NCBI GenBank assembly: GCA_964652475.1
Contig: CAZZCK010000003.1
Location: 3,503 to 59,177, forward strand
From: an uncultured Azospirillum sp.
GTDB lineage: Bacteria > Pseudomonadota > Alphaproteobacteria > Rickettsiales > UBA3002
Reading direction: 5' to 3'
DNA length: 55,675 nucleotides
Shown here: piece by piece, positions 1 through 9,673 of the stretch
Layout: every line of letters begins with the position of its first letter
How positions within the stretch are numbered: position 1 is the first letter of the stretch
Notes under the pieces: generated by a model
Seen by the model: only the letters and a program-made list of their open reading frames with translations
What the model was told of the DNA's origin: nothing
Database searches by the model: none
Position numbers and translations under genes: made by a program

Positions 1-93
1 CAGTTCATGATCGAGGATGTGGGCAAAGTGAGTGGTTAGAATCGTGATCCGTTGGTCCTTCGTGCTCAAGCCGAAGGGGACATGATTACCCAT
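1..93 (-). CDS. 5' end of an unidentified CDS running off the left edge (MGNHVPFGLSTKDQRITILTTHFAHILDHEL...)
   Basis: Hand translation of the minus strand from ATG (93-91) stays open to position 1. No family recognised. Confidence 0.3.
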   Translation of the reverse strand, partial: MGNHVPFGLSTKDQRITILTTHFAHILDHEL

Positions 94-299
94 GGCAGCT
101 CTGACCTTTGCTCATGGCACTTGGCTACATCGATGGGGTATGCGTGTCCCCTGTGATCTGTGTCTCCTACCTCAAATCACCGACCAACGGATCATCGGAC
201 TATTACCCGACTTCCCTCTTTTACCGCACGCATAACCCGTCTATAACCACGCGCATGACGTATGACACATCCGTACCCAGGCTCACGATTCCCGCCACC

Positions 300-1277
300 A
301 TGCGGGCCATGGCGATTGCGCAGAAACAGCTGGTGGGCACCAGCCTTGCCACCCCGCGCCCGAGGGCGGGTGAGCTCTTGATTCGTGTGGCCTATGCCGG
401 TGTCAACCGCGCGGATATAATGCAGATCGACGGCCATTACCCGCCCCCGATCGGCGCTACCCCTTTGCCGGGCCTCGAGGTTTCGGGTTGGGTTGTGGCG
501 CTGGGCGAAGGGGTAAGTGGTGTTGCGGTGGGCGATGAAGTTTGCGCCCTGCTCAGCGGTGGCGGCTATGCCGAGTTTGCCGTCGCCTCGGCAGGACAAG
601 TGCTTCAACTCCCCAAAGGAATCGGCCTGAAAGCCGCTGCGAGTTTACCCGAAGCTGCGGCAACGGGCATGATGGCATTGGTCGAGGAAGGCCGGCTTAG
701 CACGGGTGAGCGGGTGCTGATCCATGGTGGCGCATCCGGTGTGGGCATCCTCATGACGCAGATCGCAACATACCTCGGCGGGGAGGTGTTTGCGACCGTA
801 AATGGTGCACAAAAAGCTGAATTTATTAAGCAATTCAACATCACCCCGATCGATTGCCGCCTCGCACCGTTTGGTGAACAACTCATGGCGCGTACCCAAA
901 ATGAGGGGGTCGACCTGATCATCGACACACTTGGCGGGCCGCAATTAGCCAATCATTTAAGGCTGTTACGCCCCGGTGGGCGGCTCATTAGCCTGGCGAT
1001 GCTCGAGGGCAGCGAAATCGCCGATGGCACGAAAATGACGCGGCTGGTGCTGAATGGCCTGACCTGGCGGGGGGCCACGCTTCGCAGCCGTAGTGACGAT
1101 AAAAAAGCGGCCCTGATGAAAAAAACTTACGAAAAACTATGGCCGGCGCTCGAAAAAGGCGCCATAAAACCGCATATTGATGGCGTTTTTACCCTCAATG
1201 ACGCGAAAAAAGCGCTGAATCGCATGCAAGAACGCTTGCATATGGGCAAGATTCTACTAGAAGTAGCGCCGAAATAA
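300..1277 (+). CDS. NADPH:quinone oxidoreductase / zeta-crystallin-like medium-chain dehydrogenase
   Basis: MDR-like sequence (AYAGVNRADIMQIDGHYPPP, HGGASGVG nucleotide-binding motif). Start moved from 108 to the in-frame ATG at 300 (MRAMAIAQK) because the 64-aa extension has no MDR-like sequence. Confidence 0.85.
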   Translation: MRAMAIAQKQLVGTSLATPRPRAGELLIRVAYAGVNRADIMQIDGHYPPPIGATPLPGLEVSGWVVALGEGVSGVAVGDEVCALLSGGGYAEFAVASAGQVLQLPKGIGLKAAASLPEAAATGMMALVEEGRLSTGERVLIHGGASGVGILMTQIATYLGGEVFATVNGAQKAEFIKQFNITPIDCRLAPFGEQLMARTQNEGVDLIIDTLGGPQLANHLRLLRPGGRLISLAMLEGSEIADGTKMTRLVLNGLTWRGATLRSRSDDKKAALMKKTYEKLWPALEKGAIKPHIDGVFTLNDAKKALNRMQERLHMGKILLEVAPK

Positions 1278-1345
1278 GGTTCTGGGTTCTAGGTTCTGGG
1301 TGCTAGTTAAATTCTGCTTTCACCACCACCCAGCACCTAGCACCT
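1278..1345. repeat. Heptamer-periodic inverted repeat: (GGTTCTR)x4 at 1278-1305 facing CAGCACC/TAGCACC units at 1327-1345
   Basis: Read directly. ctaggttctgggtg (1289-1302) pairs with cacccagcacctag (1327-1340) at 13 of 14 positions, with a 24-nt loop. No T-run follows. Confidence 0.7.
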
Positions 1346-1366
1346 TAAAATTACGGAGTTTATGAT

Positions 1367-1945
1367 ATGGCCACGCCACTCATGCCCAAAGCCACCGCTG
1401 TCTGGCTTGTTGAAAACACCACGCTCACCTTTGAGCAGGTCGCCGATTTTTGCGGCATGCACCCGCTTGAGATTCAAGGCATCGCCGATGGCGAAGTGGC
1501 GACCGGTATCATGGGCCAAAACCCGATTGAAGCGGGCGAGCTTGAGGCCGCCGAAATCGAGAAGGCCACGGCGGATGAAGGCTATCGCATGGTGATGGCG
1601 AGCCACGCCATCGCCCATATGAAAATGGCTGGCAGCAAGAAGAAAGGCGCGCGTTACACCCCCGTCGCCCGCCGCCAGGATAAGCCCGAGGCGATTGCCT
1701 ATATCCTCAAAAACCACCCCTATATTCCGGATTCGCAAATCATCAAATTGATTGGTACGACGAAAAAAACCATCGAGTCGATCAAGGAGCGCACGCACTG
1801 GAATATTGCCAATATCAAGCCCAAAGACCCGGTGTTGCTTGGCCTATGCATGCAAACCAGCCTCGATGCGGTGGCGAGTAAATTCCGCCCCGCCGGTGCC
1901 GCCATCGCCGCTGCCGAGGACGATTCCGACTCCAGCGCAGCGTAA
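1367..1945 (+). CDS. DUF1013-family protein (TrcR-like alphaproteobacterial cell-cycle regulator family)
   Basis: N-terminus MPKATAVWLVENTTLTFEQVADFCGMHPLEIQGIADGE and overall size match my recollection of the DUF1013 family. Confidence 0.75.
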   Translation: MATPLMPKATAVWLVENTTLTFEQVADFCGMHPLEIQGIADGEVATGIMGQNPIEAGELEAAEIEKATADEGYRMVMASHAIAHMKMAGSKKKGARYTPVARRQDKPEAIAYILKNHPYIPDSQIIKLIGTTKKTIESIKERTHWNIANIKPKDPVLLGLCMQTSLDAVASKFRPAGAAIAAAEDDSDSSAA

Positions 1946-1954
1946 GCACGCGCC

Positions 1955-3421
1955 ATGAGCAGCGCCACCGACCTCACCCGCGTGCTTGATCGTCTGGTCG
2001 ACATACGGGTATTGTGCATTGGCGACATCATGCTCGACCGTTTCATCTATGGCTCGGTGGCGCGAATCTCGCCCGAGGCACCGATTCCGATTTTCACCGC
2101 CGTGCGCGAAGAGCGTATGCTGGGTGGTGCGGGCAATGTGGTACGTAATTTACTGTCGCTTGGTGCATCCGCCTCGTTTGCGGCCGTCATTGGTGATGAT
2201 GCGGTCGGCACCCAGCTGACCACGCTGGTGGGTGTGGAATCGCAGCTTGTGCCTTACCTTCTGACCGAACGTGGGCGCATCAGTACCAAAAAAACCCGCT
2301 ATGTCGCAAACTCGCAGCAACTTTTGCGTTCGGATAGCGAAACCAGCGCTGCCATCCACGACGATACTGCGACTAAGATCCTCGCACTGATGCTGCCCGA
2401 ACTCGCCAAGCATGACGCGGTGATTCTCTCGGATTATGGCAAGGGCGTGCTCACCCCTGCCATGTGCCGCGCGATCATTGATGCGGCGAATGCTGCCGCT
2501 ATCCCCGTATTTGTCGACCCCAAAGCCCGTGACGTTTCTATCTATGCGGGGGCAACCGTACTCAGCCCCAACGTCAAGGAGCTGGCGCTTGCCGCCGGTG
2601 TTGATGGCTTCGCAAATGATGATGCACTGGTGGCTGCTGCAAGCGCCCTCGCGCGCACCCACCGCTTTACCTATGTGCTCACCACCCGTGGTGAGCGGGG
2701 GATGACATTGGTCGATGCGAACGGTCTCATCGCCCATGTCGATGCGACAGCCAGCGAAGTGTTCGATGTTTCGGGTGCGGGGGATACGGTGATTGCGACC
2801 TTGGCTGCGACCCATGCCGCAGGTGCGACCATGGCGCAAGCCACCGAACTGGCGAACCTCGCCGGCGGCATTGTCGTCAGCCGTTTGGGCACGGCAGTGG
2901 TGCATCGCAGCGATCTCATCGCCGCGACCTACACCCAACGCGCGGTCGCGCTTCAGCAGAAAATTCTGCCACGTGATACGGCGCAGGCGATGGTCATGAG
3001 CTGGCAACGCGAGGGCTTGCGCGTTGGCTTCACCAATGGCTGTTTCGATATCATGCATGCCGGGCATATCAGCCTGTTGATGGATGCGCGCGCCGAGTGC
3101 GACAAACTCATCGTCGCGTTGAATACGGATGATTCGGTGCGCCGCTTGAAAGGCGCGACCCGGCCCGTGAATGCCGAGATAGACCGCGCCCAGGTGCTTG
3201 CTGCCCTTGGCTGTGTCGATGCTGTGGTGCTGTTCGATGAGGATACGCCGCTTACACTTCTTGAGCATCTCAGGCCCAATGTGCTGATGAAAGGCGCCGA
3301 TTACACCAAGGAGCAGGTGGTGGGCTGGCAGCTGGTGGAATCCTATGGCGGGTGCGTAAAACTGTTGGCCCTCAAGGATGGCTACAGCACCACCGGCATC
3401 ATCGCACGCATGCAGGCGTGA
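1955..3421 (+). CDS. hldE: Bifunctional D-beta-D-heptose 7-phosphate kinase / D-beta-D-heptose 1-phosphate adenylyltransferase
   Basis: 488 aa. N-terminal ribokinase-like half (DVSGAGDT) and C-terminal cytidylyltransferase half (GFTNGCFDIMHAGH). Confidence 0.93.
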   Translation: MSSATDLTRVLDRLVDIRVLCIGDIMLDRFIYGSVARISPEAPIPIFTAVREERMLGGAGNVVRNLLSLGASASFAAVIGDDAVGTQLTTLVGVESQLVPYLLTERGRISTKKTRYVANSQQLLRSDSETSAAIHDDTATKILALMLPELAKHDAVILSDYGKGVLTPAMCRAIIDAANAAAIPVFVDPKARDVSIYAGATVLSPNVKELALAAGVDGFANDDALVAAASALARTHRFTYVLTTRGERGMTLVDANGLIAHVDATASEVFDVSGAGDTVIATLAATHAAGATMAQATELANLAGGIVVSRLGTAVVHRSDLIAATYTQRAVALQQKILPRDTAQAMVMSWQREGLRVGFTNGCFDIMHAGHISLLMDARAECDKLIVALNTDDSVRRLKGATRPVNAEIDRAQVLAALGCVDAVVLFDEDTPLTLLEHLRPNVLMKGADYTKEQVVGWQLVESYGGCVKLLALKDGYSTTGIIARMQA

Positions 3422-3459
3422 GCACGATCTTGTGCCCAACGCATTTTCTATTATAACGA

Positions 3460-3487
3460 GGCACTAAGCACTACCAACCAGGCACCA
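3460..3487. repeat. Four heptamer units GGCACTA AGCACTA CCAACCA GGCACCA ending 4 nt before the ilvD ATG
   Basis: Read directly. GCAC-core units resemble the AGCACCT AGCACCT units at 1332-1345. Confidence 0.6.
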
Positions 3488-3491
3488 TTCT

Positions 3492-5213
3492 ATGACCAAA
3501 ACCTACGGTAAATCGAAACTTGTTTCTCGCCATGTCACCGAGGGCCATGCCCGCGCACCCCACCGCAGCTACCTCTATGCGATGGGGCTGGGTGAAGCGC
3601 AGATCAATGCGCCGTTGGTCGGGGTCGCCACCACCTGGAACGAAGCCGCACCCTGCAACATTACGTTGGCACGCCAAGCCCAAGTCGTGAAGAAGGGGGT
3701 GAGTGCTGCCGGTGGCACACCCCGTGAGTTCACGACCATCACCGTGACCGACGGCATCGCCATGGGCCACCAAGGCATGAAGTCAAGCCTCGTCAGCCGC
3801 GAAGTGATCGCCGATTCGGTCGAGCTCACCATGCGCGGCCATTGCTACGATGCGATGGTGGGCCTCGCGGGTTGCGACAAATCGCTGCCTGGCCTGATGA
3901 TGTCGATGGTACGCCTCAATGTGCCCAGCGTGTTCATCTATGGCGGATCGATTTTGCCCGGTAAATATAACGGGCGCGACGTGACGGTGGTCGATGTGTT
4001 TGAGGGCGTGGGGCAGGTGGATGCCGGGAAAATGACCCTGGCCGAACTCAAAAAGCTCGAGCAAGTGGCCTGCCCCTCGGGCGGCTCCTGCGGCGGGCAA
4101 TTCACCGCTAACACCATGGCCTGCGTCAGCGAGGCGATTGGCTTGGCGCTGCCCGGTTCGGCGGGTGCACCAGCCCCCTATGAATCGCGCGATCGCTTCG
4201 CCTTTGATTCGGGTGCGGCGGTGATGAGCCTCATCAAACACAAAATCCGCCCGCGCGATATTGTCACGCGCAAGGCGCTTGAAAATGCGGCAGCGGTGGT
4301 TGCGGCCACCGGGGGCTCGACCAATGCGGCGCTGCATTTGCCAGCACTTGCCCACGAAGCGGGGATCGATTTTGACATGCATGCCGTCGGCAAAATTTTC
4401 AAACGCACGCCCTATATCGCCGACCTCATGCCCGGAGGCAAATACACCGCCTATGATCTCTATGGCGTCGGTGGGGTCGAGGTGGTGATGAAAACCCTGC
4501 TCGATGGCGGTTTTTTGCATGGTGACTGCATGACCGTGACCGGCAAAACCATTGCCCAGAATTTGAAGCCGGTGAAATTCCCGCGCGAGCAAAACGTGGT
4601 CTATCATTATAGCAAACCGATTCGCCGTGAAGGTGGCGTTGTCACCCTCAAAGGCAACCTCGCACCCGAGGGCGCGATCGTCAAAGTGGCGGGCTTGAAG
4701 AGCCTCACATTCACGGGCCCCGCGCGCTGTTTTGATTGCGAGGAGGATGCTTTCGCCGCCGTGAAAGCCAAAAAATATAAAGCGGGGGATGTGATCGTCA
4801 TCCGCTACGAAGGGCCCAAAGGTGGCCCTGGCATGCGCGAAATGCTGAGTACCACCGCCGCACTTTACGGCCAGGGAGTGGGCGATAAAGTAGCGCTGAT
4901 TACGGATGGGCGTTTTTCGGGTGGCACGCGTGGTTTCTGCATCGGCCATGTCGGCCCCGAGGCGGCGGTCGGTGGCCCGATTGCCCTGCTCAAGGATGGT
5001 GATGTGATTACCATTGATGCGACCAAAGGCACTATTTCCGTGGCGCTTACCGCGAAGGAACTAGAGGCCCGTCGCGCCAAGTGGAAACCACGCGCGACCG
5101 ATTATAACTCCGGCGCGCTGTGGAAATACGCGCAAACCGTCGGTAGCGCCGAGCATGGCGCGGTGACGCACCCCGGTGCGGCAGCGGAAACCCATGTGTT
5201 CGCGGATATCTGA
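3492..5213 (+). CDS. ilvD: Dihydroxy-acid dehydratase
   Basis: 573 aa. IlvD/Edd signatures ([22 protein letters not shown]). Confidence 0.95.
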   Translation: MTKTYGKSKLVSRHVTEGHARAPHRSYLYAMGLGEAQINAPLVGVATTWNEAAPCNITLARQAQVVKKGVSAAGGTPREFTTITVTDGIAMGHQGMKSSLVSREVIADSVELTMRGHCYDAMVGLAGCDKSLPGLMMSMVRLNVPSVFIYGGSILPGKYNGRDVTVVDVFEGVGQVDAGKMTLAELKKLEQVACPSGGSCGGQFTANTMACVSEAIGLALPGSAGAPAPYESRDRFAFDSGAAVMSLIKHKIRPRDIVTRKALENAAAVVAATGGSTNAALHLPALAHEAGIDFDMHAVGKIFKRTPYIADLMPGGKYTAYDLYGVGGVEVVMKTLLDGGFLHGDCMTVTGKTIAQNLKPVKFPREQNVVYHYSKPIRREGGVVTLKGNLAPEGAIVKVAGLKSLTFTGPARCFDCEEDAFAAVKAKKYKAGDVIVIRYEGPKGGPGMREMLSTTAALYGQGVGDKVALITDGRFSGGTRGFCIGHVGPEAAVGGPIALLKDGDVITIDATKGTISVALTAKELEARRAKWKPRATDYNSGALWKYAQTVGSAEHGAVTHPGAAAETHVFADI

Positions 5214-5307
5214 CTGGACATACCAGCGAAAGCTGGCATCCAGCGCTGTGTATTGTACTGGATATCGGCTTTCGCAACTATCACACATAGTGTAATCACG
5301 AGGAACG

Positions 5308-5961
5308 ATGACACACGATAGCACACTACTTCCCGCGACACTTGCGCAAGGCTACGCCAAGTTCCGCCAGTTCAAATATGCGCGGCATGCCCAACGCTAT
5401 ATGCGCCTGGCGGTCGAAAGCCAAAAACCGCACACGATGGTGATTGCCTGTTGCGACTCACGCGCGGCGCCGGAAACGATTTTTGATGCGTCGGCAGGCG
5501 AACTGTTCGTGGTGCGCAATGTGGCCAATCTGGTGCCGCCCTATGCGCCGGATGGCGAGCGGCATTCGACATCGGCTGCACTCGAATTTGCGGTGCATGG
5601 CTTGGGTGTAAAACACATCGTCGTCATGGGTCATGGCCGCTGTGGTGGCATTGCGGCGGTGGTTGAAGGGGTCGACCCTTTAAGCAAGTCCGACTTCATC
5701 GGCAAATGGATGGCCGATGTAGTGGATGTCGCAGCGAGTGTGCCATGCCCCGAAGGTTGCAGTGCGCATCAACATGCCACCATGGTCGAGCGCGCGAGCA
5801 TTGTGCATTCACTCGAGAATCTCGACAGCTTTCCCTGGATTGCGCGGCTGGTGGCGAGCGGTGAGCTGACCCTGCACGGCGCTTGGTTCGATGTCGCGCT
5901 CGGTGAGCTATCGATCTACGATACCGTCACCCAATCCTGGCAAAAACTGGCCGAGGAATAG
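5308..5961 (+). CDS. Beta-class carbonic anhydrase
   Basis: Zn-ligand motifs CCDSR and HGRCGG. 217 aa. Confidence 0.9.
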   Translation: MTHDSTLLPATLAQGYAKFRQFKYARHAQRYMRLAVESQKPHTMVIACCDSRAAPETIFDASAGELFVVRNVANLVPPYAPDGERHSTSAALEFAVHGLGVKHIVVMGHGRCGGIAAVVEGVDPLSKSDFIGKWMADVVDVAASVPCPEGCSAHQHATMVERASIVHSLENLDSFPWIARLVASGELTLHGAWFDVALGELSIYDTVTQSWQKLAEE

Positions 5962-5968
5962 GGCTTAG

Positions 5969-7324
5969 TTACGCCGCGTGTGACTTGCCGGCGATGAGTA
6001 ACTTTTCGGCACTGGCCAGATTGCTTAGTGCGGTTTTTAGCGATGCTTCGGCGACACAAAACGACAGGCGCATATGCCAGTCATCGCCCGCATTTGGTGA
6101 ATCGGGCGCATAGAATGGCCCGCCCGGTACGCCGCACACGCCGGCCACATTGACCAGATAGCGCATCATCATAGCGGGCGAATCGATGGTATAAGCCGCA
6201 CCGGTTTCCGAGGCACTTGCGGGCACGGTTGTACCGCTCAGTTTGGCGAAATTCACCCAGCCATAAATCGTCCCGCGCGGTGCCGCCATACTGGCATAGT
6301 TCAGCCCAGCGATGCCCTCGATCAGGAGTGCGCGTTTTTGCAGTAAGGTTGCGACCGTGCGGGTGATGAAATCATCGCCATACAGCAGTGCCGCTTGCGC
6401 CTTGAGCTGATCCTCAACGCCCATGCCGCCGCCTTTATTCTCGTTCCAGCGTTTGAGGGAATTCACCATGCCCGCATGCTTCGAGATCACCATGCCGACG
6501 CGCAAGCCCGCTAAGCCATACTCCTTCGAGACGGTACGAAAACAGGCCAGGCGACCGGCGGTGAATAAGGATTTCTCTGCCTCACCACGGTGAAGCACGG
6601 TGGTGATGTTATACGCTGCTTCATCGAACACCAGCTTGCCGTAGGGGTCGTCGCTCAGCACCACGGTGGTTTTGGTCAAGCGCGCGACGGTCGCAAAAAA
6701 AGCCTCGCGTTCCGCATGTGTATAGTTCGCCCCGGTCGGGTTGCATGGCGCGTTGATGAGGATAGCCGCCGGTTCGGGGTAGGTGGCAAGCGCTTCGGCG
6801 AGTTGCGCTGCGCGCAATAATCCGTCGCCGGTTGCGATCTCGACCAGCACCACCCCGGCGGGGAACATGTCGTAATTCGTTGGCCAACAGGGGGCGGCGA
6901 ACAGCACCACGTCACCGGGTTTGAACACGGCGAGTGCGCCGTTGAGCGCGCCTTTTCCGCCGGTGCCGATGCAGATATCGGCGGCGGTTGCCACCATGCC
7001 GGTGTCGCGGCTGAAACAGTGTGCCGCCGTTGCGCGTAACGAGGGCAGGCCCGTGGTTTCAGAATAGGCGTAGCGTTTGGCCTCCTCGCGCAGGCTTGAA
7101 AATTTGGCGTCGTTCGCGTGTTCGGGTGTTGTGGCATCTGCATAAAGTGTCTTCACCCAGCCCTCGACTTCCTCGTGCGCCGGCTTGGGGAAGAGGTCGC
7201 CGATGGTGACAATCTCGACCGCTTTGCCGCGAGCTTTTGCGGCATCTGCCATCGCCGCGGCGTTCATGGTCGGCGAGTCGCGCATCACGTCGCGCGCAAT
7301 AAAACGATGCATCGGGCTAGTCAT
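5969..7324 (-). CDS. Class I/II pyridoxal-phosphate-dependent aminotransferase
   Basis: PLP-lysine region SKEYGLAGLRVG and NPTG motif. AAGGA lies 7 nt upstream of ATG 7324. Confidence 0.85.
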   Translation of the reverse strand: MTSPMHRFIARDVMRDSPTMNAAAMADAAKARGKAVEIVTIGDLFPKPAHEEVEGWVKTLYADATTPEHANDAKFSSLREEAKRYAYSETTGLPSLRATAAHCFSRDTGMVATAADICIGTGGKGALNGALAVFKPGDVVLFAAPCWPTNYDMFPAGVVLVEIATGDGLLRAAQLAEALATYPEPAAILINAPCNPTGANYTHAEREAFFATVARLTKTTVVLSDDPYGKLVFDEAAYNITTVLHRGEAEKSLFTAGRLACFRTVSKEYGLAGLRVGMVISKHAGMVNSLKRWNENKGGGMGVEDQLKAQAALLYGDDFITRTVATLLQKRALLIEGIAGLNYASMAAPRGTIYGWVNFAKLSGTTVPASASETGAAYTIDSPAMMMRYLVNVAGVCGVPGGPFYAPDSPNAGDDWHMRLSFCVAEASLKTALSNLASAEKLLIAGKSHAA

Positions 7325-7333
7325 AATGGTTCC

Positions 7334-8206
7334 TTATTTCGGCAAGGTGGCGGAAGATGGGGCACGGTGTCGGTTCATGAAATCGACCATATCTTCGCGC
7401 AAGGGGGTGATGCCGCGAAAGCCGCGCGCGGTCGAGAGAATAATATCGACATGGTCGGCGCCGTCATAGCGTTTCAGCTCGACCGGTGAGCCGTTCGCCT
7501 CAAGCTTCTTGGTGACGTTGACCGAGTTTTTAACTCCGACCACATCGTCGTCATTGCCGGTGGCTAAAAACATCGGCGCATAGCGGCCGGTGATAAAATT
7601 GATCGGCTGCGTATCCGCGTCCTTCACTCTACTAAAGACACCGATTACATCCGCATCGGTGAAGGGTAGAAAATCATACGGACCGGCGATACCCAGCGTG
7701 CCTCGAATCCATTCGCGCTTACCCCCTGCAGCCTTGAGAAACTCGGGGTGTACGCTCAGCATCACCGCATTATACGCCCCGGCGGAGTGACCACTGACGA
7801 AGATGTTATTCACGTCGCCGCCATGCTTGGCAATATGGTCATGCACCCAGACAAAGGCACGGGCGGTATCGTGCATAAATTCGGGGTAATAAATCTGTGG
7901 GTACAGCCGGTAATCGGCAATCACCGTCACGTAGCCCTTGCTGGCGAAGGCCTCGCCGACGAATTTATAATCGGATTTATCGCCCATTTTCCAGCTACCG
8001 CCGTAGTAAAATACCAGCACATCGCGTGGGGTGGTGATGCCATCGGGGATGTAGATATCCAGCGTCTGGCGTGGGTCGTCGCCATAGGCCACATCGCTTA
8101 CCACACGATAGCCGCTGCTTGGCACCGAAGCGTTGAGCAGTGCCGTGCAGGCGCAGGTGAAGAGTAGGCTAGTGGCACTGAGAATGGCGCGCAAACGAGG
8201 CATCAT
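7334..8206 (-). CDS. Secreted/lipoprotein alpha/beta-hydrolase (esterase/lipase-like)
   Basis: Signal/lipobox-like N-terminus (LLFTCAC), nucleophile elbow GHSAGA, HGG-like YYGGSW. Confidence 0.85.
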   Translation of the reverse strand: MMPRLRAILSATSLLFTCACTALLNASVPSSGYRVVSDVAYGDDPRQTLDIYIPDGITTPRDVLVFYYGGSWKMGDKSDYKFVGEAFASKGYVTVIADYRLYPQIYYPEFMHDTARAFVWVHDHIAKHGGDVNNIFVSGHSAGAYNAVMLSVHPEFLKAAGGKREWIRGTLGIAGPYDFLPFTDADVIGVFSRVKDADTQPINFITGRYAPMFLATGNDDDVVGVKNSVNVTKKLEANGSPVELKRYDGADHVDIILSTARGFRGITPLREDMVDFMNRHRAPSSATLPK

Positions 8207-8416
8207 GCTGAGGTACTTTCATGGGTGGATCATGGCCGAAAAATAATCAAGGAATCAGCGCTTGGCAACGAGAAAGCGCCGTGAACCCCTAACATTGCGT
8301 ATAAGTAATTTCGTTTTTGCTTTTCCCTGCTCTATAGCTGGCTTATAGACAAGCGCGCGCTTGCGCGCGTACGTTGTTCAGTCATCCTCCTCTAACGCTT
8401 ACGGAAACATCACCAC

Positions 8417-9673
8417 ATGGCATCGATCGCAATTATCGGCAGTGGCATTTCGGGCATGGGCACCGCTCACCTGCTGCATAAAAACCATACCATCACGCTG
8501 TACGAGAAAAACGCCATCACCGGCGGCCATACCCGAACCAAAACGGTCGATTACGACGGGGTGTCGATCCCGGTTGATACGGGTTTTATTGTCTATAATG
8601 AGCGCAATTACCCAAACTTAATCGGCCTGTTTGCCGAGCTTCATGTGCCCACCCACGAAAGCAACATGACCTTTGCCGCCACCATCAATCGCGGCGCGTT
8701 CGAATGGTGCGCGCGTGATCTCAATGGTATGTTCGGCCAGCGGCGTAACCTGCTCAGCCCAGCGTTTTATCGCATGCTGCGCGACGTGATCCGCTTCAAC
8801 CGATCTGCTCGCGCGATGGTTGATGATGTGCCGGATATCACGCTGGGTGCGCTGGTTGCGTCGCTGGGCTTGAGTGAGGCGTTTTTGCGCAATTACCTGT
8901 TGCCGATGGGCGGCGCGATTTGGAGCTGCCCGACGGCGACCATGCTCGAATTTCCGGCGCGCAGCTTCATCCGCTTTTTTGAAAATCACGGGCTGCTGGC
9001 CTTCTCCGGTCAGCCGCAATGGCGCACGGTCACCGGTGGCTCGCAGGAATATATGCGTCGCTTGATCGCGCCGTTTCAGCACCATATCCGCACCGATTGC
9101 GCGGTGGTCGCGGTGCGCCGCGAAAGCGACGGCGTCTATGTGCGCGATGTGCGCGGCGAAGAAATTCGCTACGACCGCGTAGTATTCGCGAGCCACGCCG
9201 ACGAAACACTGGCGATGTTGAGCGATGCGAGCGACGATGAGCGCCGCATTCTTGGCGCCTTCACCTACCAGACCAATCATGCCTACCTGCATCGCGATAC
9301 GCGTGTGATGCCCAAGCGCAAACGCTGTTGGGCGAGTTGGGTCTATCATGCCGATACGCTGGGTGACACGCCGCATATCGCCGTCACCTATTGGATGAAT
9401 TTGCTGCAAGGCATCGACCATCAAAAGCCGCTCTTTGTAACCTTGAATCCGCTGCATGAGATTCCCAAGGATAAGCTGTTTGATCATCATGTCTTCACCC
9501 ATCCGGTGTTCACGCGTGAGGCGATGGCGGCACAAGCGCAGCTGCCCAGTCTGCAAGGTGCGCAGCAATGCTGGTTTGCCGGTGCCTACACCCGCTATGG
9601 TTTCCACGAGGACGGCTTGACGAGTGCGGTCAATGTCGCCCGATCGATGGGAGAAACCATCCCGTGGGCTTAA
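8417..9673 (+). CDS. NAD(P)/FAD-dependent oxidoreductase (amine-oxidase-like), first gene of the oxidoreductase-DUF1365-Cfa cluster
   Basis: Rossmann motif IAIIGSGISGMG at the N-terminus. Conserved neighbourhood with the two downstream genes. Confidence 0.85.
   Translation: MASIAIIGSGISGMGTAHLLHKNHTITLYEKNAITGGHTRTKTVDYDGVSIPVDTGFIVYNERNYPNLIGLFAELHVPTHESNMTFAATINRGAFEWCARDLNGMFGQRRNLLSPAFYRMLRDVIRFNRSARAMVDDVPDITLGALVASLGLSEAFLRNYLLPMGGAIWSCPTATMLEFPARSFIRFFENHGLLAFSGQPQWRTVTGGSQEYMRRLIAPFQHHIRTDCAVVAVRRESDGVYVRDVRGEEIRYDRVVFASHADETLAMLSDASDDERRILGAFTYQTNHAYLHRDTRVMPKRKRCWASWVYHADTLGDTPHIAVTYWMNLLQGIDHQKPLFVTLNPLHEIPKDKLFDHHVFTHPVFTREAMAAQAQLPSLQGAQQCWFAGAYTRYGFHEDGLTSAVNVARSMGETIPWA

Noticed and set aside
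108-299. 64-aa N-terminal extension of the quinone oxidoreductase ORF. There are similar extensions of ntrC (18550-18699), the XRE gene (38206-38370), the cI-like gene (43638-43718), the luxI homologue (43505-43537) and the RND pump (28871-28906).
   Set aside because: The extensions lack family-like sequence, and several begin at non-ATG codons or run through the upstream gene or intergenic region. Internal ATGs give N-termini that match the family norm.
1278-1345. Heptamer arrays (also 3460-3487 and 19087-19135) as a CRISPR array or minisatellite locus.
   Set aside because: The units are 7 nt with no spacers and only 2-4 copies. No cas genes are present. They do not fit CRISPR architecture.
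2150-3439. Long antisense ORFs opposite well-supported genes. Examples are 2150-3439(-), 3783-4949(-), 8618-9721(-), 10434-11444(-), 15263-16081(+), 17395-18114(+), 26700-27449(+), 33204-33767(-), 36123-36827(-), 42932-43651(+), 46445-47047(-), 49227-49853(-) and 54476-55183(-).
   Set aside because: Their translations are Arg/His/Gly-rich and motif-free, which is typical of shadow ORFs in GC-rich DNA. In every case the opposite strand encodes a protein with clear family signatures.
8354-8369. CGCGCGC-TT-GCGCGCG palindrome upstream of the FAD-oxidoreductase gene as an operator.
   Set aside because: It is an alternating CG low-complexity sequence, where palindromy is expected by chance. The 2-nt loop is too small for a hairpin, and there is no supporting context.
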